Assembly: GCA_028534125.1 (NCBI GenBank)
Contig: CM052816.1
Span: 35,280,001 to 35,344,000, forward strand
Direction: 5' to 3'
DNA: 64,000 nucleotides
Origin: Lama glama
Lineage: Eukaryota
Part shown: positions 27,191 through 41,549 of the stretch, piece by piece
Numbering within the stretch: the stretch's first letter is position 1
How the letters are laid out: every line of letters begins with the position of its first letter
Program-made: the position numbers and the translations under genes
Notes under the pieces: model-generated
Database searches by the model: none
What the model was told of the DNA's origin: nothing
What the model saw: the letters and a program-made list of their open reading frames with translations, nothing else

Positions 27191-27769
27191 GCAGCACCTC
27201 AGAAGCTCCTATCTCCAATCACCAATAAAAAGAATAAAAATATTTAAAGAAAAACAAAAATTTAAACATATCATCAGCAAATAAAGGAGCACAACTTTAT
27301 GCCACAAGTTTCACAGCAATGGAAAGAAAGAGAAAATTTTGGTGATCTAGGCAACATGGAAATGTGCCCAAACTACCCTAACTTTCAGAAGATACTCTGA
27401 GGAAGTAGAGTTAGCAAAACATGAGAATTCACCAATGTGAAATGCTCCAATGTGAAAATTCAGCAGAGACTGAACAAGCCAACCTAGGGAAAAATCAAGA
27501 AAATAACCAAAAAAAAAAACCTTCTCTGTACCAAGACAGGACCTGAAAAAATGCAGGGAGGGCGGCCGTGGCTTGTCATTTTCCAGGGCTCCGTGAAGAA
27601 ACGGGGGATATAATTAAATCCAGGAGTACAGGACGTTTATGGAATCTCATAAGACAGAGTAAGTCTCAGGAACCCCAACAAGGCCAAACTCAGATCCAGC
27701 CAATATCTCCCCACCCTTCTATCTCCACGCTCATGTGACAAAGAAATCCAAATTAAAAGTAAAACCTGG

Positions 27770-28730
27770 CTGTTGATCCAGACAAGATGGCAAAGACCAT
27801 TTTTCCCTGCTACACTCCACAAATCCCATAACTATAAACACTGGAATAGTTAAAGAGACAACCAATGAACTTTGAAAATATAGGAAGAAGGCGAATTCCT
27901 TTGGCCCTAGGACCAGAAGAACAGCACAGAGGCAGGGTGTCTCATGTTCCCCTCACCCAACAGAAAAAGGCCATCCAAATCTGACCTTTCCCAATCTCCA
28001 GTCTAGTAACAAAAGGCAGCCCATACGGGCTAACTCCCCCCAGGATCCAACAAGAGTCCCTCTGACAACATCAGGCAAGCCAGACATCATCAGCAAAGGA
28101 GACAGATTATGAACTGCACCAAAAATAAACAGCCAGTGGAAGCACTCACCTTCTCTGACAGGCCCGAGAATCCCTTTTTCTGCCAAGAGAAATGGAACTA
28201 GGCAGGAAGAACCAGCACGAGAGACCCAGGTACAGCAAGCAGTCCAGTCAGGAAGCCTTCCTGACCCCACAGGTCCCAGGATCTCCTTCCCCACCCAGGA
28301 ACACAAGAGCAGGCACACGGAACTAGCAAGAGGGACCAAGAGGTCCAGTCCAGGAAGGTACTTGTTCTCTGTGGGTCCAAGGCTCTCCTTTCCTGTCCAG
28401 AGACATCGGGGTAGCTAGGATTCATGATAAAGAAATCCCATCTCATTCCTCTAACCAGAGACATCTAGTAGCTCAGCCTGAGAAAGGTCTTCTACTCCCT
28501 CAAGCAGCTCTAGCAGGAACCAGTGGGAGCCCCAGCGATACCAGATAAAGCAAACCAAAACAACACAGCACAGAGACCCTGAAAATTAAACTGTCATTGG
28601 AACCACAGCCCACAAAGATAGAACAAGACCTGCAAGTCAAATGTGAAGAGTGACTGATGGCCTGTGCCCCAGAGTCTCCTAACATAATAGATAAAATATT
28701 TAGGCTTCAATTGAAAATCTTCAACAAAAG
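27770..28730 (+). mobile_element. Old L1M 5' region with internal monomer-like repeats
   Basis: Starts near CCAGACAAGATGGC and contains CCCTGAAAATTAAACTGTCATTGGAACCACAGCCCACAAA. Confidence 0.6.
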
Positions 28731-28759
28731 GACAATAACTTACTACGTGTGGTTCGTTA

Positions 28760-29130
28760 AATGTCTCATGATCATACCTCTGTGCCTTTGAAGATGTTGT
28801 TCCTTCAATCTAAATGTTTTTTCTCCCTTGTTTGCCTGGAGAATTATCAACAACTAACTTTAAAGCTATATTCTCTGTGAAGCCTTCTCTGACCATCCCC
28901 ACAACCACAACCACTCAGGCCTACTTAGGCATTCCCTTTTCTTAGATTTCAGGGATCATGTTTGTATCTGTGATTATGCAACACTTCTCATAGAGTATTT
29001 TAATTATTTGTTTAGCTTTATCTCCCCCATTAAACGAGAAGCTACATGGAAATAAGAATATTACAGTGTTTTCATGTTTATATCATTGGGGCTAAAATTA
29101 CCACCCAGAACTCAGTAGGCATTCAATTTA
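28760..29130 (+). mobile_element. L2 3' fragment
   Basis: TCTGTGAAGCCTTCTCTGACC...CAGTAGGCATTCAAT. Confidence 0.65.
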
Positions 29131-31959
29131 TTATAAATAATTGCAAGAGCAAACTCATTTTTTTTAATTTGTAAATAAGATTTCAAAATAAAAATTTCTA
29201 TAATTTAGTGGATAGTAAGTACAAATCAGGCTGAAATACAGTATTATGCAAAAGTACATGCATGTTAATTAATAAAGATGACTATTTTCAAATAGTATCT
29301 TTTTTTAAAAAAATGAAACTAGTAAAAATCCCAGTAAACTGACTATTTAGATTTATTTAAATCTATCTTATTTAAAGGTACTCAGCCTAGTATTTAGGAT
29401 CAAGTGAATTATGTTGAGTTTTCAATTCACCATAAATAGTAATTAAAAACTGTAAAATAAACATTAAAAACTTCCATATTTTCAAAAACTAGAATTTCAT
29501 TCTATATAAAATAGATCTATAAATACATAATTCTTAAACAAAAATAGACATTATTAGATAGCAAAATATAAATATCCTTGGCAGGATAATAGAATTCCCA
29601 TGGTAGTTCCTGTAAGTATAAGAGTTTCTGCAAGTATTTGTTCTAAAATGTCTGATTTTTTGACTTCTGTCTCCACAACTGGCAACTTTTACATTCTCCA
29701 AATACACAGATGGAAATACTGCTTTTATATAGTATTAAGAAAGTTTAATGTATATTGAATACTCTTTTTCAAGTAAGGGAGATTTATTTTAACATAGAAT
29801 ATCTTATGGTCAAAAATATGTCTTAAAAATATTTAATTATTTCCTTTTTTTTTTAACATTGACAGAGAAATTCAAATATGCCACTAGGGTATGCTTATTT
29901 AGAAAAATCAGAAAATAAGTGAATAAATAGAAATAGAAAAATCTTTTACTTCTCCCCCAAGAGATATATAATAGACTTAATAGAGTTTGCAAGAAATTTA
30001 ATAGAGTTTGAATTTATAATCCTTGACTAATAAAACCCATCAAAGTCCATTTATGGTTCAAGTTACTTTATCAGAAAATGTTTGTTCATTGATAAAGACT
30101 ATAAAATCATTAACCAGTTAAAGTACAAAAATAATTACTTAATTGTATTTCTTAACTTTTATATACTTCAATACTGACAGAAGTCAGAAACAGTGACTCT
30201 ATTTGAATAAAATAGTAAGCTGCTTGCAGCAAGACTGAAACAGTCACAAAAAGCCACCGAGTATACAAGTAATAACCACAGTTACAAACCAAAAACTGAC
30301 CTCACATGAATACAAAGTGAGGAGCTTTTTCAGAAGCAGTTAAACAGGCAGGAATGAGCAGTCACCAAAGTTTCACGACAAAGACAACATCATTTACTAC
30401 CAGTTAATATATGCTAAACTTGACCACCTTAAACAGATATGGTATCTAAAATTCCTCCCATGCTTTCTTTATTTGAAAGTGTTGCTGTTAGCTTAATTTA
30501 AAATTAAAGTTAAATTCAACTGAACACACTGGATTGGCCAGCCAGCCTACTGGAACAGCATTAATAGATAATGACGTTCCATTGAGAGAGAATATTGAAT
30601 AAAAGCTGTGAGTCTAAAAATGAACACTGTGTTATTTTTAATTCTTTTTATTTTAAAAAATGTTTCTTACGTATTGACATTTAAAATTATTTGGGGCACT
30701 TTGCAGGATTCTTGCAAAAATTGAGCAATGGAAAGACAGATACAAAGTATGAAAAGGAGAGGGCCTAGTTAGGAAGAGGTCTCAGAGGAGCCTGTCTACA
30801 GTTTAGTCAAGGAAAGGACCTGTCAGTAGCAGCCGTAAGTTAAGGAAATGTGGATACTTTGCTGGGAACTTACAAACAGACACCTCTTGACTTAACTCTT
30901 CCTATATGATCAATTATTATAAAAAAGTTCAGTTTTCATATTAGGCCAATTTTTTTTCCTTCAAAGAGAGTAACACTGTGCAGAGAAGTCAAAATAATTT
31001 CAAAATCTGTATGTGTACTTTCAAATAGGTTCATTAAAGGCACACAAACACTAACAGAATGGCAAGCAGTAAGTTCCATCAGTTTTAAGTTATGTGAACT
31101 AGGGGTCAAAACCAGCTCCTGTTCTGCAATGAGAAAGCCTGTCAGGGAGCCCAGATCGGACAGATCTTGTGCCCTTGTTTAGAACATAGAGGAAAGTCAG
31201 TTCCATCCTTGGCTTTTTTGTATAATTCCACCTTTCCCCAAAAGGCAAAATCTAATCCCTGCTCCCATCCCATCCTTCTCTGTAGTAGTGCCCTAAATTG
31301 TTCTTCTAGAATTCCATTCAGTTTGTAAATAAACTTCTCTAAATCTCTACCCTCCAATTCCCATCTGACACCTGGCTCCCCCAAAACACAGGGCTCTCAG
31401 GTGAGGATACACCCTGCCTACATTCCACCACCCATATCCATGGGGCTAGAGTACCGGGGGTGGTGGAGGGATGGGTAACCTTATCCTGATTTCTCAGTGT
31501 CATTTCCAAACCACTGCTCTTTCCATCTTATTCAAAAATCTCTTCTCCTTTGAAATCTATACCATTCAGCCTTACCAAATCCTACCCCACCTTGCTGTTA
31601 TTTGTCTCCAAATCTGCCTCTCACTTTCCATCTTGCCACTCAAGTCTTATTCTTAAACCCAACCCAACTCCTACCTTCACTCATGGAGATTTTAACAGCT
31701 GTAGTCTTTCTCTTCACCAAAGACCCATTCAATCAAATCCATTTCAACTACCCGTTGCTACTGGCCAGAGCCTGAATCCAAAATTGTTTCACCTCTGCAA
31801 TGCTAAATTTTAATATTCTAGTTTTAGGTCAAACCTACTACCTTCCTACTCCTCTCTGAAGTCTAAGTTGCTACAATACCTACTTTTAGCCTCAAAAGTA
31901 CTACTGATCAAACTGTTTTCCTTAAAATTTATCAGCTCCCCCTATATTCCTTCCCTTCT

Positions 31960-32093
31960 AGGGTAAGGATTTCACTTATCATCCAGAACTGGGGTAATTT
32001 TAAGAGTAAAATGGGGTGCTGTTCTTTACTATGCCAGGACTATGGGTGAAAACCTGGTCTGTCCTGGGCAAACTGGGACACAGAGTCCTCCTA
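31960..32093. mobile_element. MER96-like hAT MITE
   Basis: AGGGTAA...GTCCTGGGCAAACTGGGACA...CCTA. Confidence 0.55.
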
Positions 32094-32783
32094 CTTCTTC
32101 CTCTACACATAATGAATCAATTGGATTTTCTATTGCACTTGTCCTAAAAACCTCCAACTCTAAATCAATTCTTCTTTACTCGCCCTAGCCATTTTTTTTA
32201 AGGCTTGGCTACCTCTTACTAGTATTTAAAGCCTCTCTCAGATCACCTCCTCTAGGCAGCCTTCTCTGTCTCTGCTCTTTATTATCACAGCACTCAGGAA
32301 TGACAGTATCCTACTCACGACCATATCCTCACACAATGTCAAGCATACAAGTGCACACCATAGATGTACTCAGTGAGTCTCAAAGTTGTACTCTGAGTAT
32401 CTCTTATGTGTTTATTCTGAAGTACAACACATGAAAAATGATTTCTTTTATAATTTTATAAAGACTAAACAGATCAAAAAGAGGTATTTCTAAATTAACA
32501 GAGAGCAAATACACAAGTAAAAACTAGTAGGTATTTTCCTTAACATGAGGTTTTTAAATTTATCTTCTCCTTATATTCGGTCAACTCTGGTTTTTATCTG
32601 TTACCTTCTGCTAGTGATTGTCCTCTTACATTTTGAAATAAAGTTACACCTAACAAATTTTGGAAGTACATGAAATGCAGGTAGAAATCAAATGATAAGT
32701 AGGAAAAGCAAATTTCAGAACATACATATCAAATGATCCTAATTTTTAAATTATAGAAACATAAACCTGCATGTTCTTTAATA

Positions 32784-33587
32784 CAATTGTCCCTTCATAT
32801 CCACAGGTTCTGCATCTGCAGAGTCAACCAACTGTGGGTCAAATATTCAAGAAAAAAATTTCTGAAAGTTCCAAAAAGTTAAGCTTGAGTTTTCCACATG
32901 CCAGCAACTATTCACATAGCACTTACACTGCATTAGGTATTATAAGTGACCTAGAGATGATGTAAAGTGCAGGCATACCTCATTTTATTGTGCTTCACTT
33001 TATTCACTTCGCAAATACTGCGTTTTTCAAATTTAAAGTTTGTGGCAACACTGTATCAAGCACGTCTATCGGTGCCATTTTTCCAACAGTGTTTGCTCAC
33101 TTTGTGTCTCTTCATCATATTTCAGTAATTCTTGCAATATTTCAAATTTTTCATTATTATTATATCTGTTATGGTAGTCTGTGATCAGTGATCTTTGATG
33201 TTATTCCTACAACTCAGTGAAGGCTCAAATGATGGTAAGCATTTTCCAAAAATAAAGTAATTTTTAATTAAGGTATGTACATTGTTTTTTAAAACATACT
33301 GCTGCTGCACACTTAACTAACCACAGTATAATGTAAACATAACTTCTATATGCACTGAGAAACCAGAAAATTTGTGTGACTTGCTTTACTGCAATATCCA
33401 CTTTATTGCAGTGTCCTGGTACCAAACCACAGTATCTCTGAGGCATGCCTGTCTATGGGAGGATGTGCATGGGCCAAATACAAATACTACATCATTTTAT
33501 AACAAGAGGCTTGAACATCCTCAGATTTCGCTATTAGCAGAGGATCCTGGATCAGTGGTACCCCTCACAGACACCAAGGGATAACTG
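32784..33587. mobile_element. MER2/MER2B-like Tigger MITE split by a Tigger1 derivative
   Basis: Ends CAATTGTCCCTT / AAGGGATAACTG with flanking TA at 32782-83 and 33588-89. Confidence 0.85.
32970..33451 (+). mobile_element. Short internally deleted Tigger1 derivative
   Basis: TIRs CAGGCATACCTC...GAGGCATGCCTG; 482 bp, no transposase. Confidence 0.9.
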
Positions 33588-35129
33588 TATATATTTTAAA
33601 AATCCAAATTGACACACATCAAACTTTTAACATTAGCTACCACTGAAGAGTGATTGTCAGAATACTGGGAAGAATGCCATTTTTACTTTATGTATCTCTA
33701 GTTTGTATTTTTATAAGAAGGATATCTTTATTTTATAATGTTAAAAAAGGTATAAAGAAAAGACCCCCCAGTAAGAAGATAAAAAATCAAATTTCACAGG
33801 CAGAATGCCTAACACTAAAATTTACTTCTCCTCCAAATATACATGATTTATTTTTATTCAGAAAATGACAAAAGTACTTATATTATGAGACAGAAAAATC
33901 CCCCAGTTTTATCTGTGTAACAGAATCTTGGCCCCTCTCATAGAATGCTTCTGGTTTCCTCTGAACAATTTCATCCCTGTTCCATATCCTAGACTCCTGA
34001 TCCAAAAGTCTCACTCTTCTCTATTCCCTCATTTTTTCAGGTTTTACCTGAACCAATTCTAGTTCTAATTCAACACCTCAACAATAAATTGGTCTAACCG
34101 CAGGTCAAACCATTACTGCGGTTGCCCAGGAAAGGAATCTTTGTCTTTTTGCTGGATGACTCAGTAAAAGCCTTTTATTCATTCATTTATTCACCCAATA
34201 AATACTTCTTAAATGTGCACTGAGTGAGGTCCTGAGTACACAGAGATAAAAAGTGCTGGTTGCAAACTCAGGGAGCTTATTAGAGAAAAAGAAAAGTTCT
34301 AACACATAATAGTAACTGCTCTAAGGAATCCTTGTGCAAAGTGCAGTAAGAACATAGAAGTATAATCTAACCCTGGCTAAAGTAAAGGGAAGGAAAAGCC
34401 TTCACAGACTTCCCTAAAACCTCCAGAGTAGTCCCTTCCTCACTGGCACTTTCTTGCTTCCCTCTCAACCAAAATGAGTCTCCCCACTTTGAAAATACTG
34501 CTTAGAACTTACCTCCTACTTCCTCCCCACAAAACTCCACTTGTTCCTAAATGCCATGTAATTCTCAAAGAAAGCCAACCAAATGTGTGAAGCTCAAAAG
34601 GAAGCAAGGAAAGAAGAAAGAGAACACTCACTAAATGCCAACTCTACACAAGGACAAGAGAGAGCAGGCACTTACACCTTCTCTCATAGTGCCGAGCTCC
34701 AGCTGCCTCTACTAACTTGCTTATGTATCATTTGAATTTTCATCTACTTCCCACTTGGAATTGTGCATTTTTCAAAGATGAAGGCTTAGATTGCTACAGC
34801 TTTATAATATACACAGCGACCATATACATATTCCTGGTTAGAAGGTGGGGGTGGGGCATGGTGCATGGGGGAGTAACTCCTACAGACTTCTGTTTTAAAT
34901 GAATTTCAACTGCCAAACTAGTGCCAGTGGGTTGACTACAACATAAATCTCCTATTTTGTTTGGTTTTTTTTTTTAATCTTTAACTTGATGCAACCAAAT
35001 GTAAAAACCTCAGCCAAAGTTAAAGTTGGAATAATGTTTTCTTTTTAAAAAGCTAGTAATAAACAATTTTATCTCTAGCAACCTCAGAGAACTGGAAGGA
35101 AAAAGGAAATTGAAAATAAGTTTTAGATG

Positions 35130-35690
35130 AACAATGTTGTAAGAAACCAAGTAGTTCTCAAAAAAGACATTAAGTATACACAAACTATATCTTTTAAATG
35201 AAAATACAGATCATGAAAAACAAAAAGAGGTGGGGACTCTTCAAGATTAAAAGAGAATAAAGAGAGACATAAGGATAAATGCAATACGTGAAACCTTATT
35301 GAATCCTGAATCCAAAAACCCCAAACACTTTTTTTAGGGACAACTGGGGAGATTTTAATATGGACCATTATATTAAACATATTCTTCTATTAATGTTAAT
35401 TTTCTTATATAGATATTGACTTTGAATCATGTAGGAAATTACCCATAAACTTAGGATATGCATGCTTTAATACTTACATTATATTATATATTTATATATC
35501 ATAATATAAATACAATATATATCATTAATGTAATTTCAAGTGGTTTTAAAACTATATAAACATATAAAGAGAGAGAAAATGTAGCAAAATGTTAATAGTG
35601 AATACAGTTGAAAGGTAATATGGGTGTTCACTGTCCAGAATTTTTCATTTTTTCTGTAGCACTGACCGTTTTCAAAATGAAATATTGGAG
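35130..35690 (+). mobile_element. Old L1 (L1MC/ME) 3' UTR fragment
   Basis: AAATGCAATACGTGAAACCTTATTGAATCCTG; GGGACAACTGGGGAGATTTTAATATGGAC. Confidence 0.7.
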
Positions 35691-37174
35691 GGGGAAGACA
35701 GCGTGAGAGGAGGCCGGCTTGAGGGAAGCATAAGGAGTAAAGGCAGCACTGGTCTCAGCAACGTGAAAACCAACTGCATGACCTTGGGCAGGTCATGGAA
35801 CCTCTGCAGGGCTCAGCTGAAAGAGGAGGAAGGGGATGATCCCTGAGATAACTTTCCAGCTACAAATCCTATTACTCAACTACTTCTTCTCAGCTCTAAA
35901 ACGCAAATGATAACCATGTACAAAGTGGAAAAACTCACAGGACTGTTGTAAGGATAAAATATAGTGTTTAAAACAGCTAGCCAAATGCTTGTCACATAGA
36001 GCACAAACAATAAATATTAACTCACTCTTAACATCAGAAAAGTTCTTCAGCAAAAAAACAAAAAATATGACTACTAATTTAAAAAAACTAAGTAACACAG
36101 AATTGGGAAGATCTACTTTAATATCTATTCAATTTCTATTGAATTAAAAACTTTTTCAGTTTGTACCCAAAATATCAGTTCTACAAGGCTGAATATAAAT
36201 ATGCTCTGATGATGAAACCAGAAAAACAAAACGTAAACAAATGAACCTCCTAACTGTTCAGACAAGCTAAATCCTTTCCAGTGAGCTCAGTATGATATAA
36301 CCTAAGGGTAGGATGCTCCAGAATCTGCAAAATAAAATAACAATAAAGTTATACATCAGAACTTTGGGTAACAGTCTGCAAAGATTTCAGACTGGCTTAA
36401 GATTTCAAAAGACTTATCTCTTTTAAAGAGAGAGCATGGGGGAGAAGGCTTAATATAGAGTATAAAAGTATACGTACTTATTTCACTTCCAGAAAGATTC
36501 TGAAGTCTTTCATGAAAAATGAAAGAAAATGAAATTAAATTCATAATTAATTCAGTCATATAAGTTAAATTTCAGAGGAAAAAGAAAAATAAAGCATTAA
36601 CTAGTACATTTCAAATCTGTCAGGTGCTTTTATTTCCAGCACTAATGTTATTTGTAGCATTATAATTAATTTCCCTTTTGGTGAAATAACAAACTCTTGA
36701 GATAATGGGAAAGATAGCTACCTAAAAGGATTGACCACCCAGCTGCTCAAAACCAAAAATCACAGAGTCATCCTTGATTGTGTCCTCTCTTTCCATGCCC
36801 CAAATATCCACAAGTCCATTAAATTTTGACTGAAAAAAAAAAAAAGCATCTCAAACTCATCCATCTCTCTCTTGTTGCAAGCATCTTATCAGGGTACCAC
36901 CATCTCTCACCTTAGCTCCTAAAACTGCCAGCTTTTACTTCCACCCCAGCTAGCCATTCCTCACACAGTAGCTGAAATGATGGTATCATTTAAGAACAAA
37001 ACAAACTACTTGCCAAACCCTTCAAAGCCCTGAATTTTTCTATAACCTCTTTTACTCATCTCAGCCTCTCTCTCTATGTCAGCCACACCAGGCTTTCTTC
37101 TATTCCTTGCCAAGCTCTTTCCTCCTTCAAAGGCTTTGTACCCACTATTCCTCCTTTTTCTTAATTCCCCCCCC

Positions 37175-37583
37175 AGCATTATTGAGACATTACTGACATA
37201 TAATATATGTCAATTTAAGGTATGCAATGTGATAATTAAATACATATACATATTGTAAAATGATTATCACAGCTAACATCTCCATCCCTATATGTAATTA
37301 TAATTTTGTGTGTGTGTTGATGACATTTAAGATTTACTCTTTTAAAAACTTTCAAGTATATAACACAGTATTGGTAATGATGACCACCACATTGTGCACT
37401 AGATCCCCAGAACTGACTCATCTGACAGCTGGGAGTTTGTATTCCTTGACCAGCATTTCCCCATTTCCCCAACTCCCCAGACTCTGGCAACCAGAATTCT
37501 CTACTCCCCCACTTCTGGCTTTTTAAGATTCTGCAAAAACGTGAAAACACAAAGTATTTTTCCTTCTCTGACTTATTTCACTC
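37175..37583 (-). mobile_element. L1MA-type 3' fragment inserted into an L2 (~36720-37950)
   Basis: ATTATTGAGACATTACTGACATATAA...CTCTGACTTATTTCACT. Confidence 0.8.
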
Positions 37584-38398
37584 TTCTAGTCCTTCCAATT
37601 GCTTTCCCCACCAAAAATACCGCCACACACACACACACACACACACCCTCCTTGAAATAGCTCCTTCTCACATATAGGTTTCATCTTAAATATCAACTCC
37701 TTAGAGGAGCTTTTTTTGATTGCCCTACCTAAAGTAGCTCCTGCCATCTTATCCCCAAGCCATCTGCTCTTTTGCTTTCCTTGAAAAAATTTATTGCAAT
37801 TCATAATTATTTTGTCGGTTTACTTTTATAACCTGTACCCACTTCTAAATATAAGCTATAAATAAAGATAGGAAATCCAACTTATTCATCATTAAGTCCC
37901 CAGAAGCAGGAAATTCTCTGATCCTTAACAGAAGCCTATTAATGTGCATCAAATTAATGCATGAAATAGTAAAATGAATATAGAACTATACTAGGTAATA
38001 GACTATTGGTAGAAATACAAAAACTAGAAGGAGAAGTAAGTTTTTGAGAAGAAAAATAAAATATGTTGAGTTTGGCTCCAGGCAGTTGAAAATACAGGAC
38101 TGGTAGGTGCACAAGTGGGAAAAGTGACATATAGATTGGGATTCTGCTGATTTTAAGTGTTAGTTGAAAAAAATAATAAGTACATAACAAATGGAATAGA
38201 GTTCAGTAGAGTAAGTGCCAAGCAAAAAATAAATAACATAAATGTAAAATGAAGGTAGACTGCCTAGGTAGGGAAATAATCTAACATAAAGAACACACAA
38301 AATTAAGACAAGTCAAAACTTTTTACAGTTTCAGAAAAAAAATATACAGATATATATAATTTTTTAGTAATTTACTAAGAAGAGTAAAGTAATCCTAC

Positions 38399-38544
38399 CT
38401 TACTACTATTCATTGCTGGTCATATCTTAGCTAAAGTAGCAGGTCCATGTTGAAGGATTACACGTTAGGGATGAGGAAGACACTTGAGAAAGCGTGCAGT
38501 GAGGTCTCACAGGAATGATCATAGGTCTAGGCAGAAAACACAAG
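38399..38544 (-). other. FER: Probable non-coding FER exon 2 (146 nt)
   Basis: Acceptor TTTCTTCTTGCAG|CTTG (AG 38546-38545) and donor AAG|GTAGGA (GT 38398-38397) in non-repetitive sequence. The 3' end GACCAGCAATGAATAGTAGTAAG resembles my recollection of the human FER leader just before ATATGTGCTG (not verified here). Confidence 0.75.
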
Positions 38545-40057
38545 CTGCAAGAAGAAATTCAAGGAGTCAGAACTGTTCACTACTGAGAAAAAGGTAAAAA
38601 TGGACACATGGGGTAGAGGATGCTCCCACTGGAAATCAATGTCAGCTGTTTATCACTTCACCACATTCAAAATAAGAATCCTCTACTTACCTAACTTGTC
38701 CATCCCCTGCTAACTCGCTCCCCTTTCTTCCCACAACTTTCCCAATGAGTCCTGTATTTTATCTTCTCCCTAACCTACTTCCTCACTGTCCAAGAGGTAA
38801 TTCATGTTTTTCTCCATTTTCACAGCATGAAACTAATTTCTAGTATGAAGCTCAACAGAAGCAAAATTTTAAATATTTTAAATATAATACGTTAAAATAT
38901 TACCACCTAAAGAAATAATTAACTCTGTACGAAAAACTTTGTCAAAGGCTGGGAAGGTTTGGGAAGGTTCTCCTGGCAAACACCCACTCTCTCTGTCTAG
39001 CAGGATTAGTTTGCAGAAGCACGGCTCTTGCACTGACTGTTCCCTCACTCCTTGAAGCCAGAATAATTTCTAGGATGTTCCTTGGTCACTGGCTCTCTTC
39101 TTTACAGTTGATATCAAAATGTGCAGTTTACAGGCCTGTCACAGTTCCTTATTTTTTGCCTCATGCCCCCAAACTTCTAATCCTAATTTCTTGGTTTATA
39201 ATCAGCTCTCCTCTTTCAAGCTCCTCTTTTTTTGTTTGCCTATTCTGTTTCCTGTCATTTCCCCTGCTTCCTTGACTTTCACAGGAATCAGAGGACGCTG
39301 CATAGATGTGACCAATAAATAAAATTACTCTTTTCCTTCTGGTCAGGAAACTGATCAAACACAGTGTGTCAAGAATTTCTTCCAAGTCTCCTACTTTTCT
39401 AAGCTTTTTATCCATTTCAGAAATGACAAAGCTTTTTATTCTCTTCCAGATTTGGCAAGATTCTCAATGCTAGAATTTGGCTGGAAACCTAATCTACATA
39501 CAATGAAAGTATTATTATATCCCTCTTCTTTCGCTAAACTGTGACATGATTGAGGACAGGGATTATTATGTTAATATAGCCAGCATCCTACACAGTAACT
39601 GGAACCAAAGAAATGACTACTGAATGGATGAAATTCTAAGGTGAATTATGACTTTCCCTGATTTGCACACTGTGGTGTAAACTAAGACTTTGACAAGAGT
39701 TGTTACATTAAATAATAAAATTCGTGGCTTAAAATGATAGTTAAATATGAAAATTTTAATCATGATTTCTCTTTTGTACTGCTTTCAATAGAATATCTTC
39801 AATTAAACCACCAAGACTATAGTAAACAGTATTACTTATAAAGATTCTCAAGAAACAAAATGTAGTGAATGTGTACCTAAAATACAGTATATACATTATT
39901 AAATTCCGCTCCAAAGACAGACTCCAAAATTACTGGACAATCTGTTTAATTTAAAATTATTTTAGCCTTTCTATCAGCAAAGGAACTTGAGAGTTGTCTA
40001 GAATTCCGTATCTTGGTCTCTCACTGTATATAGAAACAGTTATTTTCAAAGACCTAA

Positions 40058-40429
<372 letters not shown>

Positions 40430-41549
40430 TCAAATATAAAAACTGGGCTCTTGTTTCTCATTTCTGGTTTTTTGGGGGAGGGCAGTAAAACAAGGTCCCT
40501 GTTAATGAAGGACAAAAGATAAAAATCATGGAAGTATGCAAAAAAATTTTTTTAATAAAATTAAAATTAAATTAAATTAAATATCATGTTTTCAAAGAAA
40601 ATTTCTTATTCATGATATGATGTTAGGTGAAAAACAGATCAGGCAAGAATGCCCATATATAATAAGACTCTAAGCTTTAAAAATGAAAAAAAAAAAAAAA
40701 GACTGTGAAGTGCATGTACGGGTGAGTGATAGACCTGTGTTGTTTTCCACTCCCTTTCTTTTGGTAGCAGCATCTCAATATTCTTCTATTGAAATACCCT
40801 TCTCTTATTGTCAACCATTGTAGTTCGGGTAGCATTAATTGTTTCCACTCTCAAGTTTTGGAATAAGCACAAAGTTCCTGGAATAGGTGCAGATGGAACA
40901 AGTGTCCAGATCTGGACAGTCAGCATATCCTCTGCCCCAAACATAGCTCAGGAAGGGGCACATGACCCAGCTGGCTAGATAAGGCTCAATCCCAAAATTT
41001 TTACAGGAACTAATCAGAAAGAGAACATTTAGCTGAGGCTGCTACTTGATAGTGAGCCAACCCAGAGAAAATCAGCACAACGAGATGAAAAGAGAAATAA
41101 GGAAAACATTGAAAACATTTTGTCTCTAGATCTCTCAGGTGTGAACAGATGTAGCTGCTGGAATTTACAATTACTGTTGGGAAACAATTCTCTCTGGATT
41201 TCTCAGGTTCCTGCACAGTCAGAGCCTTCTAAACAAAAGGTACTACAAGAATATTTCCACAACAGACAGTCTTAGAAACTAGATAGTGTCTCCCTAAAGA
41301 CAGAGATCTCTAGGGACCTTTAGAGAAATAAAGGCCTTTCCTTCCCTTCCCTGGAAAACATTTATTTATATTCTTTTTTTAAAAAAAACTTATGTCTTAT
41401 GTTAATTTATATTTTTTACTTACATTGACTTAAATTCTAGGGTAATAAACCTAAAGACACTTTCCCCCTCACCCCTGAAGAAGATCTGCTTGATGCATCT
41501 CATCAGTGTTCCAGAGTTAAGTTACATGAGGCAATAAAGTATTTTTTCT

